DNA from: Alphaproteobacteria bacterium
Lineage (GTDB): Bacteria; Pseudomonadota; Alphaproteobacteria; RF32; CAG-239
Direction: 5' to 3'
NCBI GenBank assembly: GCA_017960745.1
Contig: JAGCYN010000021.1
Span: 1 to 47,622, forward strand
Length of the DNA stretch: 47,622 nucleotides
The position numbers and the translations under genes were made by a program. Within the stretch, counting starts at the first letter, position 1; the number at the start of each line of letters is the position of its first letter. Below the pieces are notes generated by a model, which saw only the letters and a program-made list of their open reading frames with translations, was not told the DNA's origin and did not search any database. This document shows, one piece after another, positions 18,123-27,057 of this stretch.

Positions 18123-20066
18123 ATGGCAAAAACAAAACAAGGCACAAAAATTGAATTTCTGGGCGGCAATAACGAATATCGCATCGGCGCCAACAGCATT
18201 TTAATCGAACACTCTGAAAACGGCGAAGAACCGAAAAGAATAATGCTTGATGTCGGCGCTTTATTTCCGCCGGATTGGGTGCATTACGATGCTGCTTTGC
18301 CGGATATGTCCTCCTATTTTCCGAATCCGTATAATCAAGTTACCGAGCCGGTTGACGGTTTGTTTATAACCCACTGCCATGAAGACCACATCGGCGCTTT
18401 GGTATATTTATCCGCCGCCAAATATGAACTGCCGAAAGAATACACCAGCGGCTTTACGCGTGATTTTATTATGTCGCAGATGCACAAAAACAATATTCCG
18501 GAAGAATTTGTGCCGGAAATTGCCACCGTTAAACAGAGTGATACCATTGCCATTGCCGATAATTTAAAGGTTTCACCGTTTAATGTCTCACACTCCACCG
18601 GCGGCGCGCTCGGCTTCCACGTTTTAACCACCGTAGACGGCAAAAACAACGCCGGCTTGGTTTTCTCCGGCGATTATCATTTGGGTAAAGTCCCGTTCGG
18701 CGAAGGGTTTGACGAAGAAGCCTATAAAGAATTTATCCGCGACAAATTCGTTTCGCACATTTTTGTGGATTCCACCTCGGCAACCATGTCTGCCGATAAT
18801 GTCGTCACCTTTGACCAAGCAGTTGCAAACACTGTCAGAGAGTTGGAAAAACACAAAGAAAAACAAGTTTTCTCGGCTGTTATTGCCCGCAGTGTACAAA
18901 ATTTGGCCATTGACCTGAAGGCGGCCAAAGATACCGGACGCACGGTGTTGATTGCCGGTGCCGGCTTAAAACAAACCTTCAACATCTTGCAAAAACGCGT
19001 CAAAGACAATGATCCGAAAGTTTTGGAAATTTTCGGCATCGAAGACGGGCAGCGCTTTAATTTCGAAGATTTTGTTTATAAAGCTTCCGATGTTGAAAGA
19101 GCCGACCCACAGGCTTATTTAAGCAAATATCCGCCGGAACAGCGCTATATGATTATCAGCGGCGCTTTTGCCGAAGATAAAGAAGGCCGCAAATCTTGTT
19201 TGGTGTTGATGAGCGAGCAAAACAAAGCCACCGTTGACGCCAAAGGCAAAGTCAAAGGCAAAGGACAAAGCGGTCATCCGGTGTTTACGGTTGATAACAA
19301 TACGCTGTTTATGTTGCGTCAACGCCCGATTGAATCGATTAACGGCGATAAGCACCGCGCTCTGGTTTCAAGACTGCAGGCGCTGGGCTCAACGGTTGTT
19401 TTAAACGGCGATACCTTAGATACGAAATATCAGCGTACCGGCCATGCCAATAAAGCGGAAACCGAAAAATTTATCCGTTTAACAATTGAAAACTGCGCCA
19501 ACAGCAAGGAATTGCTGTCCGGCAAGCAACCGCTTTATATTGTTGCCATTCACGGTGATGCCGAGCAACTGAAAGCCAATGAAGAAAACTTCAAAAGAGA
19601 ACCGGCAAAAACCATGTTTTGTTTGAACACCGATCAAATTATGATTACGCCGGATAAGTGCGAAAAAATTGCCGGCAAATCGTTTGACGAACAACAGTGG
19701 ATTTGCATTGAAGCGCACAGTATGCGCGGATACGGCGCCAATGATATCTTCATTTTTGATATGTGCGACAAACATTTTATCAAGCAAGATAATTTGTTTA
19801 CGATTGTAAATGTCAGCGTTAAAGCCAATCGCAAGGCCGAAAAAGAAAACAACTATCGCATCAATAAAGCCATCGAAAAGGCCAAAGAGCTTGAAGAACA
19901 GGGAATTTCCGCTTCAAATATTGAAATTCGGCGTCAGGTTCGCGGCGATAAAAAAGGCGCGAAAATTGACCGTTATACGTATGAAGAAATTAAAAATCTG
20001 CGTGACAGCAAGCCGAAATCAAAAAGTAAAGCGCGCTATAAACGTGGCGGTCGCGAAGAATACTAA
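18123..20066 (+). CDS. rnj: Ribonuclease J-like metallo-beta-lactamase-fold RNase with a long Lys-rich C-terminal extension
   Basis: HxHxDH motif THCHEDHIGA, N-terminal FLGGNNEYRIGANSILIE resembling RNase J, and a beta-CASP-like middle. It is 647 aa and divergent. Confidence 0.65.
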   Translation: MAKTKQGTKIEFLGGNNEYRIGANSILIEHSENGEEPKRIMLDVGALFPPDWVHYDAALPDMSSYFPNPYNQVTEPVDGLFITHCHEDHIGALVYLSAAKYELPKEYTSGFTRDFIMSQMHKNNIPEEFVPEIATVKQSDTIAIADNLKVSPFNVSHSTGGALGFHVLTTVDGKNNAGLVFSGDYHLGKVPFGEGFDEEAYKEFIRDKFVSHIFVDSTSATMSADNVVTFDQAVANTVRELEKHKEKQVFSAVIARSVQNLAIDLKAAKDTGRTVLIAGAGLKQTFNILQKRVKDNDPKVLEIFGIEDGQRFNFEDFVYKASDVERADPQAYLSKYPPEQRYMIISGAFAEDKEGRKSCLVLMSEQNKATVDAKGKVKGKGQSGHPVFTVDNNTLFMLRQRPIESINGDKHRALVSRLQALGSTVVLNGDTLDTKYQRTGHANKAETEKFIRLTIENCANSKELLSGKQPLYIVAIHGDAEQLKANEENFKREPAKTMFCLNTDQIMITPDKCEKIAGKSFDEQQWICIEAHSMRGYGANDIFIFDMCDKHFIKQDNLFTIVNVSVKANRKAEKENNYRINKAIEKAKELEEQGISASNIEIRRQVRGDKKGAKIDRYTYEEIKNLRDSKPKSKSKARYKRGGREEY

Positions 20067-20156
20067 TCTCAAAATTTTGTGTTTTATAACGCCTTATCTC
20101 TTGTATTTTTGCAATAAATGATATATTGCAAAGATATAAGTGATGAGGAGTATTTT

Positions 20157-20957
20157 ATGCGTACAAATAACAGAGGTATTAAAATTTACGATGATCCGGC
20201 GGATTTCGAAGGAATGCGCAAAGCCGGAAAAGTTGCCGCCGAGTGTTTGGATTACATTACCGATTTTGTGCAAGTCGGCATTACAACCGGTGAATTGGAC
20301 GATTTATGCTTAAAATTTATGGAAAGCAAAGGCGCCGTCTCTGCCTGTTTAGGCTATCACGGCTATCCGAAGGCCACCTGCATTTCCATCAATCAGGTTA
20401 TTTGTCACGGTATTCCGGATTATGAACGCAAATTGGCCGATGGCGATATTTTAAATATTGACGTCACGGCGATTGTTGACGGTTATTACGGCGACACCAG
20501 CCGGATGTATTTTGCCGGCAAGCCGAAAGTCAAAGGCAAACGTTTGTGCGAAGTAACTTATGAATGCATGATGCGCGGCATTGATGTGGTTAAGCCGGGA
20601 GCACACTTCGGTGATATCGGTGCGGTTATTGAGGAATATGCCCATAAATACGGCTATTCGGTGGTGGATATGTTTTGCGGACACGGTTTAGGCAAAGTGT
20701 TCCACGATGAGCCGAATGTGCTGCATTGCGGCGTTAAAGGCACGGGACCGATTATGGAAGAAGGGATGTTTTTCACCATCGAGCCGATGATTAACATGGG
20801 CAAAAAAGACGGTGTTATTCTTGCCAACGGCTGGACGGCCGTTACCTGTGACCATCAATGGTCAGCCCAGTTTGAACACTCTATGGGGGTAACAAAAGAC
20901 GGCGTTGAAGTGTTCACTTATTCGCCGAAAGGTTTGGATAAGCCGCCTTATAAATAA
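20157..20957 (+). CDS. map: Type I methionine aminopeptidase
   Basis: Motifs VICHGIP, LNIDVTAIVDGYYGDTSRMY, GHGLGKVFHDEP, FTIEPM and QFEHS. The start is set at the ATG preceded by GAGGAG. The ORF extends to 20118. Confidence 0.9.
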   Translation: MRTNNRGIKIYDDPADFEGMRKAGKVAAECLDYITDFVQVGITTGELDDLCLKFMESKGAVSACLGYHGYPKATCISINQVICHGIPDYERKLADGDILNIDVTAIVDGYYGDTSRMYFAGKPKVKGKRLCEVTYECMMRGIDVVKPGAHFGDIGAVIEEYAHKYGYSVVDMFCGHGLGKVFHDEPNVLHCGVKGTGPIMEEGMFFTIEPMINMGKKDGVILANGWTAVTCDHQWSAQFEHSMGVTKDGVEVFTYSPKGLDKPPYK

Positions 20958-20981
20958 TTTTTATGATATAGGACGACACAC

Positions 20982-21737
20982 ATGACGGATACAACAGAAG
21001 AAGCTGAGCAACCGCTTTATTTCGGACACAGAGAACGATTACGCGAGAGATTTTTAGCCGACGAAGGCGCCAGCATGCCGGACTATGAGTTGCTGGAACT
21101 GCTGTTGACAATGGCTATTCCGCGGCGCGATGTTAAACCGTTGGCGAAGAAATTGGTGGCGCGCTTCGGCGATATTTCCGGCGTCTTGCATGCCCCGGTT
21201 CACGAATTGCGCGATGTTTGCAAATTAAGCCAAAATCCGCTCGTGTTATTAAAACTGGTCGCAGCCTGTTCCTTGCGGGCATCAGGTTCCTGTTTTTCGG
21301 ATAACGGCGGACCGATTATTGCGTTTTGGGATCAGTTTGAAGATTATTGCCGCGAGTTGATGGCTTATAAAGAAGTTGAAGAATTCCGTGTGTTTTTATT
21401 CAACGATGATTTGCGCTATTTAGGCAATAAACTGCTGACAACGGGAACCATTAACCGCACCGCGGTTCACCCGCGGGAAATTATCCGCGCCGCTATTGAA
21501 AACAAGGCGGTAAAAATCATTTTGGCGCACAATCACCCGTCCGGCGATGCCAAACCGTCCGATTTGGATAAAGCCGTTACGCAAGATATTGTGGACGCGG
21601 CGGAAATGATGGATATAGAAGTTTTTGACCACGTTATTGTTACCCGCACGGAAGTATTCAGTTTTCGTAACGCCGGCTATATCGTCGATAAAGAGAAAAA
21701 GAAAAAGGAAAAAGAAGATAATCCTTCCAAAAAATAA
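20982..21737 (+). CDS. radC: RadC-family JAB-domain protein
   Basis: GHRERLRERF start, ELLELLL, and the JAMM motif ILAHNHPSGD. Confidence 0.85.
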   Translation: MTDTTEEAEQPLYFGHRERLRERFLADEGASMPDYELLELLLTMAIPRRDVKPLAKKLVARFGDISGVLHAPVHELRDVCKLSQNPLVLLKLVAACSLRASGSCFSDNGGPIIAFWDQFEDYCRELMAYKEVEEFRVFLFNDDLRYLGNKLLTTGTINRTAVHPREIIRAAIENKAVKIILAHNHPSGDAKPSDLDKAVTQDIVDAAEMMDIEVFDHVIVTRTEVFSFRNAGYIVDKEKKKKEKEDNPSKK

Positions 21738-21787
21738 AAAAATACTTGCAAAAGAGAAAATATGGTGTAAATATAGCACTCGGTCGA

Positions 21788-21864
21788 CGGGGTGTAGCTC
21801 AGCCTGGTAGAGCGCTTGGTTTGGGACCAAGATGTCGCGTGTTCGAATCTCGTCGCCCCGACCA
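21788..21864 (+). tRNA. tRNA-Pro (anticodon TGG)
   Basis: Hand-folded: acceptor CGGGGTG/CGCCCCG, D arm GCTC-AGCCTGGTA-GAGC, anticodon arm CTTGG-TTTGGGA-CCAAG, T loop TTCGAAT, encoded CCA. One U52:U62 mismatch in the T stem. Confidence 0.85.
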
Positions 21865-21871
21865 CAAACAC

Positions 21872-21900
21872 AAAAAGCCACCATATTGGGTGGCTTTTTT
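21872..21900 (+). terminator. Rho-independent terminator after tRNA-Pro
   Basis: AGCCACC-atattg-GGTGGCT followed by T6. The stem is preceded by an A-run. Confidence 0.75.
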
Positions 21901-22032
21901 GTGTTTGTAGATTGCGTGCAATAGGTTTAGAACACGCGAGGAAGCGTGTTTGACACGGAGGCATGGCGAGACGGGAGTATCGCCGTATAAAGCCGACGCA
22001 GCGGCGCAGATTTTTTAACAAAAAATCAAGCC

Positions 22033-22051
22033 AATCTCGTCGCCCCGACCA
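22033..22051 (+). repeat. att-like direct repeat of the 3' end of tRNA-Pro
   Basis: AATCTCGTCGCCCCGACCA at 22033-22051 is identical to 21846-21864 (T-loop end through CCA). The flanking bases differ. Confidence 0.85.
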
Positions 22052-22312
22052 AACCTGACGAAAGCCTCTAGAGAGGATGTTCTCTAGAGGCTTTCTTATT
22101 GAAAATAAAGGATTTTTTCCTTCTAACAAAAAGTTCGAATAAAGCAATTTTAAAACTTTCCTTTTTTCATCAAAATTCGAACTTTCATAAATCTCAGGTA
22201 TCTTAGAAACTAACAATACCAAGTCTTCCAAGGTGTTTAGCCCTTGTTTGGTTATTTCATTATAGTGTGATAATTTTCTGTCTGTGGCTTTTAGCCGAAT
22301 ATCTGGGTGCAT
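22052..22312 (-). pseudogene. Remnant (C-terminal ~75 codons) of a recombinase gene abutting the att-like repeat
   Basis: SKIPEIYESSNFDEKRKVLKLLYSNFLLEGKNPLFSIRKPLENIL resembles the conserved C-terminal tail of large serine recombinase family proteins as I recall them. No catalytic domain is present upstream. The open frame runs on through the att copy and tRNA-Pro without a proper end. Confidence 0.45.
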
Positions 22313-22629
22313 TTGCCTTGCATAGTGAAAAAGAATTGGTAAAAAATACGCAAGAGGTGCTTTGGCCTCAAATTGTTAAAGGCTTAGCTAAACCTATAAC
22401 ACCGGAAGAAAAAACAACCGGAGCAAAAGACGGTAAGAAAGATATTCGCGATATTGCCTTTTCCGGCACATATGAAGAAATCCAAGCATATTTCAAGGAA
22501 ATGAAATGGTCTGACGGGCTGCCGATTGTGCCACCGACGGCTCAAAAAGTGAATGAATTTTTGAAATATACGCCACATAATTGGAACGAAACGATTGCCG
22601 TTCTACCAATTTCAAACAGAGAGATATAA
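22267..22629 (+). CDS. Hypothetical protein, possibly a truncated gene fragment
   Basis: 120-aa ORF with a conserved-looking stretch (MKWSDGLPIVPPTAQKV). No family confidently recognised. It lies in decayed DNA next to the recombinase remnant. Confidence 0.3.
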   Translation: MIIFCLWLLAEYLGAFALHSEKELVKNTQEVLWPQIVKGLAKPITPEEKTTGAKDGKKDIRDIAFSGTYEEIQAYFKEMKWSDGLPIVPPTAQKVNEFLKYTPHNWNETIAVLPISNREI

Positions 22630-22805
22630 TCAAGTGGAGCTCTATTGGTTGTGTGTGGCTAACAAAAAGCAGAAACTTATGCTATAAACACATTGATTTT
22701 TAGTGATAATTTAAGTATGCATAAAATGAGAATGTTTTACCAACCTCCGTCTTTCAAAAACCTCAAAATTTAATTGCTTTCTAGAGAATAGAGATATTTA
22801 GCGGC

Positions 22806-22850
22806 ATAAAAACATCCCCTCAGAAGAGTTTTCCTTCAAAGGGGATGTTC
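22806..22850 (-). terminator. Terminator after the carboxylesterase gene
   Basis: 10-bp stem AACATCCCCT / AGGGGATGTT, followed on the minus strand by a T-run. It lies 39 nt past the stop. Confidence 0.6.
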
Positions 22851-22888
22851 TTAAGTTTGTAACAGAAAACAACATTCACTTGACACAT

Positions 22889-24688
22889 TTAATGAATATT
22901 CTTTTTACTTTCAATATCTTCTGTCACCTTTTGTTTTGCTGCCAATACACCGTTTATATATCTTTGATAAACTTCCGGATAGCGCTCTGCGACAATCGGC
23001 AACTGTTCGGCAAATCCATTAATATAGCGGAACCGTTTGCCACTTTTCATCATTTTTAATGCCGCATCCACACGCTCTTTCTCCGGATTGGTTTCAACGC
23101 GCATATTGTCGCCAATCATCATTTTTTGACGCGTTTCATTATTGTAAACCGGCCAAGCATATTTTTCAGTAGACGGATCACCGGTTTTTGCAAAATTGGC
23201 TATCATTTTTTGAAATTCCAATGCCAAGTCTACTTCTTCTTTAGTCCCTTTCACATCAACTCCGTCAAATGTTCCGAACATATAGTAGCAGTCTATTGCG
23301 TGCGCTGCTCCTAAATATTCAGGATAATCATATTTCTTTTCAAAAGTATAACTGTAGCTGATGCCGCCGTTTTTAGCGTGTTCTAATGCCTGATAGGTAT
23401 TACCGATGGAAAGTGTTTTATCGTCCATATAACGGCTGGTAATTTCTTTACCGGAATAACCTAAGTTTTTCAATGCTTCTTTATATTGAGACAAATCCGT
23501 TTTAAATTCTTCTGTTTCCAGACTTTCATCCGTATCCATCCACACCTGACAAACGGCATCAAACATCTCTTCATCACCTAAAAAAACAGCTTGAAAATAA
23601 CGGAATTCATCAGCAGTATGCCCTTGCATAATGATTAAATCTTTACTCATACCATCTTCCCAAAGTTTGAAAGGATCATTTGGTATAATTTTGCCGTCAC
23701 GCACAATCAAGCTGTATAAATCTATTGCATTTTGATCCCAATACTTTTGAATTGTTTTGAAATCAATTTGCTGTAAATCTTTGACTGTTTTTGCTCCAAA
23801 TTCTTTTTTAAGAGCTTCTGGCAGGGCTAAAGTTTCTTCCATATCATTTCCCTGATTAACCGATCCGCTCATCGGGATAGCTTTTTGGAAAAGACCTTTT
23901 GCCTCCGGTAAAGTGCAAAGCGTTGAAACAGCTCCTCCGCCGGCTGATTCACCGGCAATCGTAATATTATTCGGATCACCGCCGAAAGCTGCAATATTTT
24001 CTTTAATCCATTTAAGTGATTGAACTAAATCAAAAATACTGTTATTGATTGATGTTTCATATTCTTTACCGTCAGGAAATTCGGAAAGATTCATTATTCC
24101 CATCATGCCCATACGATAGGTAACCGTAACTAATATCACATCAGGGTTGTGTTGAGCAAAAAACTGTCCGTTGTAAAGCGGGTCGGCAGTTCCGCCTTGC
24201 AGCCAACCACCCCCGTGAATAAACACCAGAACCGGTTTTTCTTTTGCGCCATTAACATTCTTCCAGACATTCAAATTTAAGCAAGCCTCGCTTTGTTCGT
24301 AAAGTGACGATCTTTCACCTGTTGGATCAATAGGTTGCATGCATGACGGTCCGAAGTAATACGCTTCATAGACCTTATCCGATGCTTCGGGATCTGTTGC
24401 CTTCTTAAAGCGTTTATCACCAACGGGTTGTGTTGCAAAAGGAATACCCTTCCATGCAATAACATCATCTTGTTTTCTGCCGACAAAAATGCCGTTCTTA
24501 CAATCAGCCGCCAAACTCTTATCATATTCACCGGTTATTTCTAAATTGGGATGATATTCCTCTATCTGGTTGATTTCTTGCCATTGTGCTTGCGTTTTAT
24601 AAGGAGAAACAGCACTATATCCGCAAGGAACATAACCGCCAATTCCTAACAATAAAGCAATTACACCTGAAATAGTTAATTTTGACAT
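22889..24688 (-). CDS. Secreted carboxylesterase, type B (COesterase family)
   Basis: Signal peptide, oxyanion HGGGW, and nucleophile elbow GESAGGG within ITIAGESAGGGAVS. 599 aa. Confidence 0.85.
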   Translation of the reverse strand: MSKLTISGVIALLLGIGGYVPCGYSAVSPYKTQAQWQEINQIEEYHPNLEITGEYDKSLAADCKNGIFVGRKQDDVIAWKGIPFATQPVGDKRFKKATDPEASDKVYEAYYFGPSCMQPIDPTGERSSLYEQSEACLNLNVWKNVNGAKEKPVLVFIHGGGWLQGGTADPLYNGQFFAQHNPDVILVTVTYRMGMMGIMNLSEFPDGKEYETSINNSIFDLVQSLKWIKENIAAFGGDPNNITIAGESAGGGAVSTLCTLPEAKGLFQKAIPMSGSVNQGNDMEETLALPEALKKEFGAKTVKDLQQIDFKTIQKYWDQNAIDLYSLIVRDGKIIPNDPFKLWEDGMSKDLIIMQGHTADEFRYFQAVFLGDEEMFDAVCQVWMDTDESLETEEFKTDLSQYKEALKNLGYSGKEITSRYMDDKTLSIGNTYQALEHAKNGGISYSYTFEKKYDYPEYLGAAHAIDCYYMFGTFDGVDVKGTKEEVDLALEFQKMIANFAKTGDPSTEKYAWPVYNNETRQKMMIGDNMRVETNPEKERVDAALKMMKSGKRFRYINGFAEQLPIVAERYPEVYQRYINGVLAAKQKVTEDIESKKNIH

Positions 24689-24839
24689 ATTATCCTCCCA
24701 TTATTTTCTATTATGGTGAAATACTATATTGTTTAATTGAAATATGCAATATTTTTATCATCTTTTTAAAAAATTTGACTGCAAAAATTATTTGATATAT
24801 AAAAGATTTTGAATTTAACAATTAACAAAAGGTGGGAAA

Positions 24840-25880
24840 ATGAAACTTTTAACTACAACTGTTTTGGTTGTTGGATTGTGCTTTGGCATTATTACAGAAT
24901 CTAATGCTTGTTCACGTGTAACATATACCTCCGAAGATGGGAGTGTTGTTACCGGTCGTACAATGGACTGGTTCAAACCGGATGATGTGAAATTAAATTT
25001 ATTTCCTAAAGGAATAGAATATTCCGGTTTAGGTAGCAACCCGCTTAAATGGACTTCAAAATATGCAAGTTTGGCAGTTACCAGTTATGGTTTTGTAAAC
25101 TCCGGTATTAATGAAGAAAATTTAGCTGTTGATGTTTTATATTTGGAAGCATCCAATTATGGTGATTTACAGCCTGAAGAAAAGACAATAACCTCTGAAA
25201 TGGTAACACGTTTCCTATTGGATAATTTTTCATCTGCTCAAGAAGTAGCAGATTATTTCGAAAATGAAAAATTTCGTGTTGTTTTAGATGAAGAAAGAGC
25301 CAAACTTTTAGGCGCCCCTATAACCATTCACTATATTGTAACGGATAAAACAGGTGATAATGTTATTATTGAATATATTGACGGCAAAGTAAAAATACAC
25401 CATCAAAAGGGACGAATTGTTTTTACCAACGATCCGGAATATGATAAAATGCTTGCTATAAAAGACTATTTTAAGGAGGCGGGAATTGAAGGAGGCATGC
25501 CGGGTTCATCATTATCGCAAGCCCGCTTTGTATATTTAACAGGATGGTTGGATCAGATGGTTAACACTCCAATACCGGAAATTACAAAAGAAATTCCGGA
25601 ATATACATTTGCCGATCAAACATCAGCTATGATACTTTCCTTAATGCGCGGTGTTTCTACACCGTATGGAATAGTTTTTGACACAGAACACTTAAATAAT
25701 ACATCAACTTTGTGGCGCACTGTATCTGATGTAAAAAATGGTGTGTTTTATTTTGACTCTTCCTTATTACCTTTAACATTTAAGGTTGATTTGAATCAGG
25801 TTGATTTTACTAAGCCTAAGGTTGTAAGTCCTTATAAAGACCATATTCCTCAGGGTGATATTACAGATTTGTTTAAATAA
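24840..25880 (+). CDS. Secreted Ntn hydrolase, choloylglycine hydrolase / linear amide C-N hydrolase family
   Basis: The signal peptide ends ...ESNA|CSRVTY, exposing the N-terminal nucleophile Cys. The family motif GRTMDW follows. SD GGTGGGAAAATG. Confidence 0.8.
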   Translation: MKLLTTTVLVVGLCFGIITESNACSRVTYTSEDGSVVTGRTMDWFKPDDVKLNLFPKGIEYSGLGSNPLKWTSKYASLAVTSYGFVNSGINEENLAVDVLYLEASNYGDLQPEEKTITSEMVTRFLLDNFSSAQEVADYFENEKFRVVLDEERAKLLGAPITIHYIVTDKTGDNVIIEYIDGKVKIHHQKGRIVFTNDPEYDKMLAIKDYFKEAGIEGGMPGSSLSQARFVYLTGWLDQMVNTPIPEITKEIPEYTFADQTSAMILSLMRGVSTPYGIVFDTEHLNNTSTLWRTVSDVKNGVFYFDSSLLPLTFKVDLNQVDFTKPKVVSPYKDHIPQGDITDLFK

Positions 25881-25925
25881 TGTGCCGCTATAAATCTAAA
25901 AGCAAATTAGATAAAAAGAAAACCA

Positions 25926-25950
25926 CCTAACTTCAATAAGTTAGGCTGTT
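25926..25950 (+). terminator. Terminator after the Ntn hydrolase gene
   Basis: CCTAACTT-caat-AAGTTAGG followed by a T-rich tail. Confidence 0.5.
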
Positions 25951-26075
25951 TAATGGTTATGCTCAATTAACAAAAAGCGGCAACTTGTACCTAATTAAAA
26001 TATTGATTTTTAATAAAAATTTTAGCCTGTATGTAATTGCGATATTTTTAACAATCTCTGACTATTAAAATTAGT

Positions 26076-26294
26076 TTAAGCACAAAACAAGATAAAAAAT
26101 ATTACAATCGTTATCAATATTAAAAAATAAATCAATGTCTGCCACAGAAGACGTTTTCCGAAACTTAAAGTTTTATTTTTATAAAAACGATTTATCAGCG
26201 GATTGCCCAAAATATAGGTTAATACAAATGATATAACGGCAAATATCCGAAAGTTATATCTTAATGTTTCTTTGTTTTTTAAATAAAACTCCAA
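26076..26294 (-). CDS. Small membrane protein (72 aa)
   Basis: Two predicted TM helices. Overlaps the upstream small ORF by 16 nt. No family recognised. Confidence 0.4.
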   Translation of the reverse strand: MEFYLKNKETLRYNFRIFAVISFVLTYILGNPLINRFYKNKTLSFGKRLLWQTLIYFLILITIVIFFILFCA

Positions 26295-26419
26295 ATCATC
26301 TCTTCAAAAGGAGTATTTTCCAGAAAAGCAAAGAACAAACCTATCGTTAGTGTAACGATTATAATCCAGTATATCCAAAATTTTGCGACATTAATCAATT
26401 TACTTCCGAACTTAGGCAT
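26279..26419 (-). CDS. Small membrane protein (46 aa)
   Basis: MPKFGSKLINVAKFWIYWIIIVTLTIGLFFAF with SD AAGGA 7 nt upstream. The longer form in the ORF track lacks an SD. Confidence 0.4.
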   Translation of the reverse strand: MPKFGSKLINVAKFWIYWIIIVTLTIGLFFAFLENTPFEEMIWSFI

Positions 26420-26438
26420 TTCAAATCCTTTCGTGCTC

Positions 26439-26951
26439 TTATCTTGATGACATATATTCATAAAACGAAACGCTGTAATCATCCGTATCCGGTGCATTTA
26501 GAGATGAGTACCCAAAATCTGCAACAGCAATACAATAAGCCAATATAAAAGCATATATTAACTTTCGGTATGGTACTAAAATATCGGATTGCCATACAAA
26601 AATCATCATTGCGTACGTTATGCATCGGAATAGTAACAGTAAACAAATGGAGAAAATTAGTTTCCAAATAAATGGTAACGTGAACGGAATAAGAAAAATT
26701 AACAATATTTCTATTTCAAACATAGCCCAAGCCAAGAAAATTATAATCGGCAATTTCCAAGTTAGAGTAATTTTTTTTATTTTCTGATTGTCTTTACCGA
26801 ACCAAATTTTCCAGATTAAATAAGGAACGATAAAACTTACATATAAAGCCGGAACAACATATAAAAGAATAGCGAAAAACAAAGGGAAAGGAATTGTTGA
26901 AATTAACAACAGAATGGTTTTGATGAGTTTTGATTTTTCTACTTTTGCCAT
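26439..26951 (-). CDS. Polytopic membrane protein (170 aa)
   Basis: About 5 TM helices. The start is set at MAKVEKSK because the longer ORF form (to 27032) would contain the terminator hairpin at 26990-27023. Confidence 0.5.
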   Translation of the reverse strand: MAKVEKSKLIKTILLLISTIPFPLFFAILLYVVPALYVSFIVPYLIWKIWFGKDNQKIKKITLTWKLPIIIFLAWAMFEIEILLIFLIPFTLPFIWKLIFSICLLLLFRCITYAMMIFVWQSDILVPYRKLIYAFILAYCIAVADFGYSSLNAPDTDDYSVSFYEYMSSR

Positions 26952-26989
26952 CTTGCTACCTGTGGTTTTATTTTTAATTTTATTCAAAA

Positions 26990-27023
26990 TATAATAAAAA
27001 GAGCCGAATGTCAATCGGCTCTT
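26990..27023 (-). terminator. Rho-independent terminator after the SAA-like / Cys-rich gene pair
   Basis: Perfect 9-bp stem AAGAGCCGA / TCGGCTCTT with a 7-nt loop, followed on the minus strand by TTTTTATTATATTTT. Confidence 0.7.
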
Positions 27024-27057
27024 GAGATTCATTTAAGCTGTAAGTTGTTTAAATTTA

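Noticed and set aside
21901-22032. The 132-bp GC-richer, hairpin-containing spacer between the tRNA-Pro terminator and the att copy, as a possible small RNA or tRNA fragment
   Set aside because: I could not fold it into a tRNA-like or otherwise recognisable RNA by eye. There are no promoter or terminator signals of its own. It is left as unexplained scar sequence.
21677-22312. 211-aa minus-strand ORF taken as an intact gene
   Set aside because: It runs antisense through tRNA-Pro, its terminator and the att copy. Only the first ~75 codons resemble a recombinase tail. It is treated as a pseudogene remnant plus fortuitous read-through.
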